From positions 877,438-941,437 of the forward strand of contig CAWCQL010000002.1 in NCBI GenBank assembly GCA_963797705.1: 64,000 nt of DNA. The letters are read 5' to 3'. Below, piece after piece: positions 29,992 through 40,845 of this stretch. Positions within the stretch are counted from its first letter, which is position 1. Each line of letters starts with the position of its first letter. The notes below the pieces were generated by a model that made no database searches, was not told where the DNA came from, and worked only from the letters and a program-made list of their open reading frames with translations. The stretch is from an uncultured Actinomycetota bacterium (GTDB taxonomy: Bacteria > Actinomycetota > Thermoleophilia > Solirubrobacterales > Solirubrobacteraceae). The position numbers and the translations under genes were made by a program.

Positions 29992-30870
29992 ATGAGCCCC
30001 GACGAGGCCCTGCTCTACGAATCACGCGTGCGCTCGCGGCAGGTCGCGGTGGCGGTCGTCGCCGGTGTCTGCCTGATCCTCGCCTCGATCATCCAGCTCA
30101 GCGGCCCACACACCAAGGTCGATGAGCTGACCCTGGACCTGCTGGTGGCCAACCAGCGGTTCCCGCTGGACCTCATCTCCGCGGTGATCAACGCCATCGG
30201 CTCCCTGGGCATCATGTTCACTCTGTTGTTCCTCTTCCGCGCGGCGCGCGCGCGCAACCCGGAGAAGGTCCGCCCCTACGTCAGGATCATCACGCTGATC
30301 GGTGGCGGGCTGGCTGCGCTGGCCGGCGTCGTCTACGCGATCGTCGTCGCGATCAAGGTCCACGAGTTCGCCACCACCGGCTCACAGACCTACCACGAGG
30401 CCAACCATCTGACCAGCGGCGCCGGTCTGCTCGGTCTGCAGCTCCTCGGTCAGGCAGCTGCGCTGCTGGTGGCGGTCGCCTTCGTCCTGGTCTCGATGCA
30501 GGCGATGAACGCGGGCCTCCTATCGCGCTTCATGGGCTATCTGGGGATGTTCGCCGGGGCGCTCGTGCTCTTCCAGATCATCCAGGTGCCGGTGGTCCAG
30601 ACCTACTGGCTGCTCGCTGTCGCCTACCTCATCTCCGGCCGCTGGCCCACCGGTATCCCGCCGGCCTGGCGCTCGGGCCGCGCCGAGCCATGGCCGTCGT
30701 CGGCGGAGCTGCGGGCCCGCCGCGCGTCGCAGATGGATGATCGTCGCCAACGGGGGGCCAAGAAGCCAGAGCTGGCCGCCCCCGATGAGGACCGCGAGCC
30801 CGCCGCCACGCCGGGCGACGGCCGCACCCGGGCCACGACCCCCAAGCGCAAGCGCAAGCGCCGCAACTGA
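29992..30870 (+). CDS. Multi-pass membrane hypothetical protein
   Basis: About six hydrophobic helices; basic C-terminus KRKRKRRN. Confidence 0.75.
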   Translation: MSPDEALLYESRVRSRQVAVAVVAGVCLILASIIQLSGPHTKVDELTLDLLVANQRFPLDLISAVINAIGSLGIMFTLLFLFRAARARNPEKVRPYVRIITLIGGGLAALAGVVYAIVVAIKVHEFATTGSQTYHEANHLTSGAGLLGLQLLGQAAALLVAVAFVLVSMQAMNAGLLSRFMGYLGMFAGALVLFQIIQVPVVQTYWLLAVAYLISGRWPTGIPPAWRSGRAEPWPSSAELRARRASQMDDRRQRGAKKPELAAPDEDREPAATPGDGRTRATTPKRKRKRRN

Positions 30871-30943
30871 CCCGCTCGACCCCGGGCGGTCGCCGTTCGT
30901 CGCCGGTCAACGACCGTTCAGCGGTCCGATGCGACCGCCCGCC
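30871..30943 (+). promoter_or_regulatory. Four direct repeats at 21-bp period, LytTR-type operator upstream of satP-acs
   Basis: CCCGCTCGAC (30871), GCCGTTCGTC (30892), ACCGTTCAGC (30913), ACCGCCCGCC (30934). Confidence 0.65.
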
Positions 30944-31016
30944 GATCTTGGCTTTGCGCGAAGCGCCGCCTTTGCGAGCTTTCGCGTCCGTCTCGTCAAC
31001 TCACGTAGGAGGAGAG

Positions 31017-31698
31017 ATGGAAGCAGCGCAATCTGCCGTCCCGCGAGGCGGACGTCGCCCCGGCGGCGGACCCAGCCGGGGGCCGCTCAGCAATGTGGGC
31101 GCCGGCAGACCCGGGGCCGCTGGGCCTTGCCGCCTTCGCCGGCACCACGTTCATGCTCAGCCTTATCAATGCTGGTCTGGTGGGGACGCAGACGGTTGCC
31201 CGGCGGCGGCCTGTTGCCGATGGTCGCCGCTCTCGCCCTCGCCTACGGCGGCGCCGCCCAGTTCGTGGCGGGGATCTGGGAGTTCCGGACCGGCAACACG
31301 TTCGGCGCGGTGGCGTTCTGCTCCTACGGCGCGTTCTGGATCTCGTTCTTCTTCATCGTCCAGTCCGTCGGGAAGAACGTTCCGGCCGAGGTGTTCAGCG
31401 GGTTGGGCCTGTACCTGTGGATGTGGGGCATCTTCACCGCCTACATGTTCATCGCCTCGCTACGTACGACGGGTGCCGTCGCGATCGTGTTCCTGCTGCT
31501 GGCGATCACGTTCATCGTGCTCGGCATCGGCAACTCGGCGCTCGCCGGGACGCTGCAAGGCCACCAACGGCACCATCAAGCTCGGCGGCTACATCGGGCT
31601 CGTCACGGCGATCGCGGCGTGGTACGCGTCGTTTGCCGCGGTGATCAACTCGACGTTCGCCAAGACCATCCTGCCGGTCTTCCCGCTTCGGCCGCTGA
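31017..31698 (+). CDS. satP: Acetate uptake transporter, GPR1/FUN34/YaaH family (frameshifted; end approximate)
   Basis: ADPGPLGLAAF, YGGAAQFVAG, NTFGAVAFCSYGAFW; RBS aggagg. Confidence 0.87.
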
Positions 31699-31772
31699 CG
31701 AGAGGGGCCGCTACGGCCGACCCGAGTGGGGTACAACTAGACAAGACACAGCCGCGCACGTCGCGGCCAGCC

Positions 31773-31801
31773 CGGGCGCCGGCAGCCACTGCCGGCGCCC
31801 G
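31773..31801. terminator. Perfect 13-bp hairpin between satP and acs
   Basis: cgggcgccggcag-cca-ctgccggcgcccg; no U-tract. Confidence 0.5.
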
Positions 31802-31851
31802 CTGCTGACCCCTCGATGCGTGAAAGCCAGGGTTTACAAGGAGAGGCTTGT

Positions 31852-33846
<1,995 letters not shown>

Positions 33847-33891
33847 GCCGCACGCGACCGGCGTCCGCGCTGCGGTGCGGACGCCGGCCCG

Positions 33892-34680
33892 CTAGACGCT
33901 GAGCCGCCGGCCAAGCTCCGCCGTGTGCCGGCGGGCCACGGGGATCGTCTGGCCGTCGGCGAAGGTCAGCTCGGCGGTGCCGCCGAGCATCGGGGCCAGC
34001 TCCACCGCGTTGCGGAGGTTGGCGACGTATTGGCGGTGCACGCGGACGAACCCGTGGGGCTCCCAGCGCCGCTCGATCTCGGCCATCGTGGAGCGCAGCA
34101 GGTAGCGCCCGTCGGCGGTGACGATGCGGACGAAGTCGCCGTAGGACTGGACATAGAGGATCTGGCGGCGCGCCAGCAGCCGGGTGGAACCGCCGTGCAG
34201 GTTGGCCACGGCGATCATCTCGTAGTCCTCTGAGCTCTGCTCGCGGGGATGCGGCATCCCGCCCACGGAGGTCGCCCCGCCGGCCCGCCGTTCGCCCGCG
34301 CTTGACTCGACGGCCGTCGCGACGCGTTCGATCGCCTCCTCCACCCGCCGCCGTCCCACCGGCTTGCGCAGGTAGTCGAGCGCGTGGAGCTCGAAGGCGT
34401 CGACCGCCGCGTTGTCGTAGGCCGAGACGAACACCAGCTGCGGCGGCGCCGCGAAGCGGCGGAGCACGCGGCCCAGCTCCAGCCCGTCGAGGTTGGGCAT
34501 GCGAACGTCGAGGAAGATGGCGTCATAGGCCTGAGTCGAGGCCTTGACCAGCGCGTCGTGGCCGTCGTAGGCGCACTCGACCTCCTTGACGCTGGGCGAG
34601 TTGCGCAGCAGGCGGGCCAGATCCTCGAGCTGGGTGCGTTCGTCGTCGACAGCGAGGATGGTCAGCTGGTCGCCGCTCAT
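33892..34680 (-). CDS. LytTR family response regulator
   Basis: REC motifs VDDE, FLDVRMP, VSAY, LRKP; LytTR motif FVRVHRQY. Confidence 0.92.
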   Translation of the reverse strand: MSGDQLTILAVDDERTQLEDLARLLRNSPSVKEVECAYDGHDALVKASTQAYDAIFLDVRMPNLDGLELGRVLRRFAAPPQLVFVSAYDNAAVDAFELHALDYLRKPVGRRRVEEAIERVATAVESSAGERRAGGATSVGGMPHPREQSSEDYEMIAVANLHGGSTRLLARRQILYVQSYGDFVRIVTADGRYLLRSTMAEIERRWEPHGFVRVHRQYVANLRNAVELAPMLGGTAELTFADGQTIPVARRHTAELGRRLSV

Positions 34681-35903
34681 CCGGCCGCCCCTGCCGTCGT
34701 CACCGGACCGCGCCCATCGCGCAGGGCGTCCTCGCCTTCGAGGTTGGGCACGGTCATGATCGCCGTCGTGCCCTTCCCCAACTCGGATTCGAGCCGCAGC
34801 GCGTAGCGCTCGCCGAACGTCGCCCGCAGCCGGCCGTCGACGTTGGACAGCCCGATGCCGCCGCCGGCGCCGGCGATGAGCCCGGGCAGCCGGTCGGGGT
34901 CGATGCCCACGCCGTCGTCGAAGACGCGGAGCTCGATGTCGTCGCCCACGACGCGGGCCTGCAGCTCGACTCGTCCCGTGCCCGCACGCCGTTCGATGCC
35001 ATGACGGACGGCATTCTCCACCAGCGGCTGCAGCGACATCGCCGGTACCACCGCTCCCACCGTGTCGGACGCCACGTCGATGCGCACGCGGAGCGAGTGA
35101 AAGCGCGCCTGCTCGAGGCGTAGGTAGCGCTCGACGTGCTCGAGCTCCTCGGCCAGCGTCACGTACGAGCGGCCGTCGCGGAACAGGTAGCGGGTGAACT
35201 CGGCGAAGTCGATGAGCAGCTCGCGGGCGTCGTCGGGGCGGGTGTGGATGTCGCCGGCCACCGCCGCCAGCGCGTTGTAGATGAAGTGGGGCGAGATCTC
35301 GGCGCGCAGCGCGCGCAGTTCGGCGCGCGCCAGGCGCTCCTCCTGGTCGGCCACCACCGACAGCTCGAGCTGGGCCGAGACAAGGCTGGCGGCCTCCATG
35401 ACCACGCGCACCTCGCTGGGCGGCGGGCGCCCGGGCCGCCGGTAGAAGGCGATCAGCGTCCCCGCGCGCCGGCCCTGCACGAGTAGCGGGGCCAGGACCG
35501 CGGAGCGCAGAGGGCAGCTCGGATCCGATGACGTCAGGCGAGGCTCGATGCGCGCGCGGTCGTCGCGAGTGCGCTCCAGCAGCCGGCTGAGCATGTCGCC
35601 GGGGCGGACCTGCTCGCCGCCCTCCCCCTCGATGGCCAGCACGGACCGCGTGTCGGCCAGCGCCACCGACGCTGCGCCGGTGAGCTTGCGCAGGTGGGGG
35701 ACCGCCTGCTCGGCCGAGCTGGGGCTCAGCCCGCGGCGCAGGTGGGGCAGGGTGGCGGTGGCGGCATGCAGGGCGGACTGCATCCCCATCGCCGCCGGCG
35801 TACGGGCCGCGCGCGGCGCACGGACCAGCGCCCACCCTATTCCGATCACGGTGGCAAGCCCGGCCCCCAGCAGCACGCCTACGACGACGCTCATGGGTGG
35901 CAT
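34677..35903 (-). CDS. LytS-like sensor histidine kinase A (1 TM + GAF-like domain)
   Basis: LRAEISPHFIYNAL, QPLVENAVRHG, DDGVG, GIGLSNV. Confidence 0.92.
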   Translation of the reverse strand: MPPMSVVVGVLLGAGLATVIGIGWALVRAPRAARTPAAMGMQSALHAATATLPHLRRGLSPSSAEQAVPHLRKLTGAASVALADTRSVLAIEGEGGEQVRPGDMLSRLLERTRDDRARIEPRLTSSDPSCPLRSAVLAPLLVQGRRAGTLIAFYRRPGRPPPSEVRVVMEAASLVSAQLELSVVADQEERLARAELRALRAEISPHFIYNALAAVAGDIHTRPDDARELLIDFAEFTRYLFRDGRSYVTLAEELEHVERYLRLEQARFHSLRVRIDVASDTVGAVVPAMSLQPLVENAVRHGIERRAGTGRVELQARVVGDDIELRVFDDGVGIDPDRLPGLIAGAGGGIGLSNVDGRLRATFGERYALRLESELGKGTTAIMTVPNLEGEDALRDGRGPVTTAGAAG

Positions 35904-35993
35904 GTAACGATACCGACGGCCACGGCAGCGCCGTGACGTACGGCGGCGAACATCCCATGCACCGCCGCGGGGGCAATATGCTCACCGGCCACA

Positions 35994-37169
35994 GTGGACG
36001 TGGTCCTCGGTGTTCTCCTCGGATGGGCGACCGCCGCGTCGGTGATCGCGGCGTTTCGGCTGATCCGGCCGCCTCGCGTGATCTCCAACGAGCAGCGTGT
36101 GATGCAGGAGGCGCTGCACGCCGCGACCGCGACGCTGCCTCACCTGCGCCGCGGCTTGTCCGCTGAGAGCGCCGCCCAGACCATCGGGCACCTGCTCACG
36201 CTCACCCAGGCGCGCGCGGTGGCGCTGCTGGACGCCGACGGCGTGCTCGCGTTCGCCGGCGCCGGCGCAGACCACCACGCGCCCCAGGAGTGGGTGGCCC
36301 TGGCCGCGCATGCCGGCCGCGACGACCGCCTGCACGTCGAGAACCGGATCCGCTGCTCAGATCCGAGCTGCCCCATCGGCGGCGCCGTGCTGGCCCCGCT
36401 GGTGGTCCGTGAGGAGCGGGTGGGGACGTTCCTGGCCCTGTTCTCCCGCGGGTGGCGCCTCACGCCCGAGGAGACGCGCACCGTCGGCGACGCGGCCAGC
36501 CTCGTCTCGGCCGAGCTCGCTCTCGCCGAGTTCGAGGCACAGTCAGAGCGCCTCGCCCGCGCGGAGCTGCATGCGCTGCGGGCCCAGATCTCCCCGCACT
36601 TCGTCTACAACGCGCTCGCCGCCATCGCGGGCTACATCCACTCAAACCCCGAGGAGGCCCGCGAGCTGCTCACCGAGTTCGCCGAGTTCACCCGCTACGC
36701 CTTCCGCGGACGCAGCCCCTATGTGACGCTCGCCGATGAGCTCAGCTACGTCGAGAAGTACCTGCGCCTGGAGCGCGCCCGCTTCGGCGACCGGCTCGAG
36801 GTTCGCCTCCAGGTCGCGCCTGAGGTGCTCCCCGCGGTGCTGCCCATGCTCTCGCTGCAGCCGCTGGTGGAGAACGCGGTGCGTCACGGGGTGGAGCGCA
36901 ACGGCCGCGGCCGGGTGGAGATCGTGGGCCGCGACATCGACGCCGACGTCGAGCTGCGCGTCACCGACGACGGGGTGGGGATGGACGGAACGCGGGCCAC
37001 CGAGATCCTGGCCGGCCAGGGCAAGGGGGTGGGCCTGATGAACGTCCAGGCGCGTCTGCAGGCGGCGTTCGGCCCCGCCTACGGCCTGGAGATCGAGTCC
37101 GCGCTGGGACGCGGCACCACGGTGACGATGACACTGCCCAAGTTCCGGGCCGGGGTGCGGGCGGCGTGA
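35994..37169 (+). CDS. LytS-like sensor histidine kinase B, paralogue of A
   Basis: LRAQISPHFVYNAL, QPLVENAVRHG, DDGVG, GVGLMNV. Confidence 0.92.
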   Translation: MDVVLGVLLGWATAASVIAAFRLIRPPRVISNEQRVMQEALHAATATLPHLRRGLSAESAAQTIGHLLTLTQARAVALLDADGVLAFAGAGADHHAPQEWVALAAHAGRDDRLHVENRIRCSDPSCPIGGAVLAPLVVREERVGTFLALFSRGWRLTPEETRTVGDAASLVSAELALAEFEAQSERLARAELHALRAQISPHFVYNALAAIAGYIHSNPEEARELLTEFAEFTRYAFRGRSPYVTLADELSYVEKYLRLERARFGDRLEVRLQVAPEVLPAVLPMLSLQPLVENAVRHGVERNGRGRVEIVGRDIDADVELRVTDDGVGMDGTRATEILAGQGKGVGLMNVQARLQAAFGPAYGLEIESALGRGTTVTMTLPKFRAGVRAA

Positions 37170-37507
37170 GCGCCGCCGACGGCGACCGGACGACGCCGCC
37201 GCTGCGATCACCCCGCCAGGAGCTCGCTGACTCGACCGCCCACGGCGACGTCTACCTCCGGCGGCTGCGCCACGCCCAGCTCCAGCTCTCGCTGCTGGCG
37301 CTGGTGGCCTTCGGCGCCGTGTTCGGCGTGCTCCCGCTGGCCCTCTACCTGCTCCCCGGGCTTGACCGCGTGCACCTGCTCGGGCTGCCACTGCCCATCT
37401 GGATCCTGCTCGTCCCGCTGTGGCCGCTGTTCATCGCCATCGGCTGGCTCTACGCGCGCCGGGCGGACGCGTTGGACGCCGCCTTCCGGGATCTGGTGGA
37501 CAAGTGA
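37166..37507 (+). CDS. DUF485-like two-TM small protein
   Basis: Two TM helices; overlaps both the kinase and the symporter gene. Confidence 0.7.
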   Translation: MSAADGDRTTPPLRSPRQELADSTAHGDVYLRRLRHAQLQLSLLALVAFGAVFGVLPLALYLLPGLDRVHLLGLPLPIWILLVPLWPLFIAIGWLYARRADALDAAFRDLVDK

Positions 37508-39264
37508 CAGCCCTGCTGGCGATCGGCGCGGTGACCCTCGGCACGCTGGGCCTGGGGGCGTGGGGCGTGCGCTTCGTCCGCACGACGTCGGACCTGCTGG
37601 TGGCCTCGCGCTCGGTGACGGCATGGTGGAACGCGGCCGCGATCTCCGGCGAGTATCTGTCGGCGGCGAGCTTCCTGGGCATCGCCGGTCTGGAGATGAA
37701 GCTCGGAGCCAGCGCGCTGTGGCAGTCGCTCGGTTTCACGGCCGGCTACCTGGCCCTGCTGCTCTTCGTGGCCGCGCCGCTGCGGCGCTTTGGCTCCTAC
37801 ACCATCCCCGACTTCGTGGAGGCGCGGTTGCGCAGCCCGCAGGTGCGCCCGCTGGCCTCGGCGATCGTGCTGCTCATCGGCGGGTTCTATCTGCTGCCGC
37901 AGCTCAAGGGAGCCGGGCTGGCGCTGAATGTGGTCACCGGGGCGCCGTACTGGGCCGGCGTGGTGCTGGTGGCGGCGATCGTCGCCGTCAATGTGGCCAT
38001 CGGCGGGATGCGGGGCATCACCTACGTTCAGGCCTTCCAGTTCTGGATCAAGGTGTTCGCGATCTCGGTTCCGGCCTGCCTGCTCATCATCCACTTCGGC
38101 GGGCTGCCCGGACGTGCCGCACTGTTCGGCCGGGAGTACCCGAGCGCGCCCCACGCGCTGACGATCCGGCTGTCAGGGCCCCAGCCCGTCCAGTTCCCCG
38201 AGGCGGCCAGGTTCACCATCGCCGGCCGGCGGGTCTCGGTGCCCGCGGGCGCGCACCGCACGCTGCCCGCTCACGTCGCCGTCCGCCTGCCTGCCGGCAC
38301 GGTGGTGCCCGTCGCCGAGGGGACCGTGCCGCAACGCGGAACGGAGTGGTCGCGGCCGGTCGGCGGGACCGACGAGAGCTCGCCGCTGCTCGTCTACTCG
38401 CTGCTCGTCGCGACGTTCCTCGGCACGATGGGGTTACCGCACATCCTCGTTCGCTTCTACACCAACCCCGATGGTCACGCGGCGCGGCGGACCACGGTTC
38501 ACGTTCTCACGCTCCTGGGGCTGTTCTACGCCTTCCCCGCCGTCTACGGGGCGATGGGCCGCGCGCTCACGCCCGAGCTCTATACCACCGGTCAGACCGA
38601 CACCGTCGTGCTCACGTTGCCCAGCGCCGCCTGGCCCGGCACCGTGGGTACGGTGCTGGGCGCGCTCACCGCGGCGGGGGCGTTCGCGGCCTTCCTGTCC
38701 ACGTCCTCCGGCCTGCTCGTGTCCCTGGCCGGGACGATCAGCCATGACATCTGGCCACGGCTGCAGCGCGAGCCGGCGAGCGGCGTGGCGATCCGCCGGA
38801 CGCGCTTCCGCGTGGCCGCACTGGCGGCGATGGTCGTGCCGGCGCTCCTGGCCCTGCTGGCACAGCAGATCGACATCTCCATCCTCGTCGGGTGGGCGTT
38901 CGCGATCGCCGCCAGCACGTTCTGCCCGATGTTCCTGCTCGGGGTGTGGTGGACTCGCCTGTCGGCGCGCGGGGCCGCCGCCGGCATGCTGAGCGGAGCG
39001 GTCATGGCCACCGCGGCCATCTTCGTCGGGCTGGCGCTCGGCGACGAATCGGCCAGCGTGACGGGGGCCCTGCTCGCTCAGCCGGCGATCGTCACCGTGC
39101 CGGTCGCCTTCCTGGTCATGATCGCGGTCTCGCTGCGCGACTCGCGCCGGGGAGCCTCGGCAGAGATGCTGGCGCTGCACGCGCCCGAGGGGCTGGGGCT
39201 ACGGCTGGCCGAGGACGACCTCGATGCCCCGGCGGCTCCGGCATCGGTAATGATTGAGCGATGA
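37504..39264 (+). CDS. SLC5/SSS cation-acetate symporter (ActP-like)
   Basis: AISGEYLSAASFLG, GGMRGITYVQ, GTMGLPHILVRFYT, AASTFCP. Confidence 0.9.
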   Translation: MTALLAIGAVTLGTLGLGAWGVRFVRTTSDLLVASRSVTAWWNAAAISGEYLSAASFLGIAGLEMKLGASALWQSLGFTAGYLALLLFVAAPLRRFGSYTIPDFVEARLRSPQVRPLASAIVLLIGGFYLLPQLKGAGLALNVVTGAPYWAGVVLVAAIVAVNVAIGGMRGITYVQAFQFWIKVFAISVPACLLIIHFGGLPGRAALFGREYPSAPHALTIRLSGPQPVQFPEAARFTIAGRRVSVPAGAHRTLPAHVAVRLPAGTVVPVAEGTVPQRGTEWSRPVGGTDESSPLLVYSLLVATFLGTMGLPHILVRFYTNPDGHAARRTTVHVLTLLGLFYAFPAVYGAMGRALTPELYTTGQTDTVVLTLPSAAWPGTVGTVLGALTAAGAFAAFLSTSSGLLVSLAGTISHDIWPRLQREPASGVAIRRTRFRVAALAAMVVPALLALLAQQIDISILVGWAFAIAASTFCPMFLLGVWWTRLSARGAAAGMLSGAVMATAAIFVGLALGDESASVTGALLAQPAIVTVPVAFLVMIAVSLRDSRRGASAEMLALHAPEGLGLRLAEDDLDAPAAPASVMIER

Positions 39265-40835
39265 GCCCCATCCTCTCCTATGAACAGGCCTGCGCCGAGC
39301 ACCGCTGGGAGGTGCCCGAGCGCTACAACATCGCCGCCGACGTATGCGATCGTCACCCGCGCGACAAGCCGGCGATGATCCACGAGGACTTTGACGGCAA
39401 CGTGCGCCGGCTGACCTGGGGGGAGATCCAGGACGCCGCCAACCGCTTTGCCAACGTGCTCGTCGCCCACGGCGTGCAGCCCGGCGACCGCGTGGCCATG
39501 CTGCTGCCGCCGACGCCCGAGACGGCCGCGGCGTTCTTCGGCACCTGGAAGGTGGGGGCGATCCTGCTCTCGATGTCCGTGCTCTACGGCGACGACGGCA
39601 TCCGCCACCGGCTCACCGACTCCCAGCCCAAGGTGCTCGTCACCAACCAGGCCAACGCCGACCGGATGGAGCGCTCCCTGGTCGAGCACCTGCTCATCCT
39701 CGACGACGAGCTGCTCAGCTCCGGCTCAGACACGTTTGACACCCTCGACACGGCGGCTGACGACCCGGCGCAGCTCTACTACTCCTCCGGCACCACCGGT
39801 CTGGCCAAGGGCATCCTGCACGCTCATCGCTACGTCCTGGCCCACGAGGAGTTCGTCTACTGCCACGACGTGCAGGACGGCGAGTTGTTTCACGGCATGG
39901 GCGAGTGGGCGTGGGCGGCGGGGATCGCGCCGCTGTTGGGTCCGTGGCGCTACGGCGCGATCCAGTGCGTGTACCAGCGTGAGGGCGGCTTCGATCCCGC
40001 CAAGCAGCTGGACTTCCTCTCTCGCCATCAGGTGAGCAACGTGTTCGGGACCCCGACGGCGATCCGCTCGATGATGTCGATCACCGACGCCAAGACCCGC
40101 TATCCCCAGAAGATCCGGATCATGTGCTCCGCGGGCGAGCCGCTGAACCCGGAGGCGATCAAGTGGGTGCGCGACCAGTACGGGATCACCGTGCTCGACT
40201 TCTACGGGCTCACCGAGTCCTATCCGCTGTGCGCCAACTTCCCGTTCATGGAGGTGCGTCCGGGGTCGATGGGACGGCCGATGCCGGGCTGGGAGGTGGC
40301 CATCCTTGACGAGGACGAGCGCCCGGTCGCCCAGGGCGAGCGCGGGGAGATCTGCCTGCGGGCACGTTCGAACCCCCACTACCCGCTCGGGTACTGGAAC
40401 CGTCCTGCGGAGGACTCCGACGAGGTCTTCGGCGGCGACTGGTTTCACACCAAGGACGCCGCCTCGGCCGACGAGGACGGCTACTACTGGTACGAGGGAC
40501 GCGCCGACGACGTGATCATCTCCGCCGGCTACCGGATCGGGCCCTTCGAGGTCGAGTCGGCGTGCCTGGAGCACCCGGCGGTGGCTGAGGCGGCGGCGGT
40601 GGCCGTCCCCGACGAGCGGCGCGGCAACGTGGTCAAGGCGTTCGTCGTGCTCGGCTCCGGCCACGACCCGTCCGATCAGCTCGCCGACGAGATCAAGGCC
40701 TTCGTGCGCGACCACCTCTCGGCCTACGCCTACCCCCGGCTCATTGAGTTCGTGCCGGATCTGCCCAAGACCCTGACCGGCAAGATCCGGCGGATCGAGC
40801 TGCGTCAGCGCGAGGCCAACAAGCCCGCGTCCTGA
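39261..40835 (+). CDS. Acyl-CoA synthetase (AMP-binding)
   Basis: YSSGTTGLAKG, FYGLTE, GRADD, PKTLTGKIRR. Confidence 0.93.
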   Translation: MSPILSYEQACAEHRWEVPERYNIAADVCDRHPRDKPAMIHEDFDGNVRRLTWGEIQDAANRFANVLVAHGVQPGDRVAMLLPPTPETAAAFFGTWKVGAILLSMSVLYGDDGIRHRLTDSQPKVLVTNQANADRMERSLVEHLLILDDELLSSGSDTFDTLDTAADDPAQLYYSSGTTGLAKGILHAHRYVLAHEEFVYCHDVQDGELFHGMGEWAWAAGIAPLLGPWRYGAIQCVYQREGGFDPAKQLDFLSRHQVSNVFGTPTAIRSMMSITDAKTRYPQKIRIMCSAGEPLNPEAIKWVRDQYGITVLDFYGLTESYPLCANFPFMEVRPGSMGRPMPGWEVAILDEDERPVAQGERGEICLRARSNPHYPLGYWNRPAEDSDEVFGGDWFHTKDAASADEDGYYWYEGRADDVIISAGYRIGPFEVESACLEHPAVAEAAAVAVPDERRGNVVKAFVVLGSGHDPSDQLADEIKAFVRDHLSAYAYPRLIEFVPDLPKTLTGKIRRIELRQREANKPAS

Positions 40836-40845
40836 GCCGGCGCGC

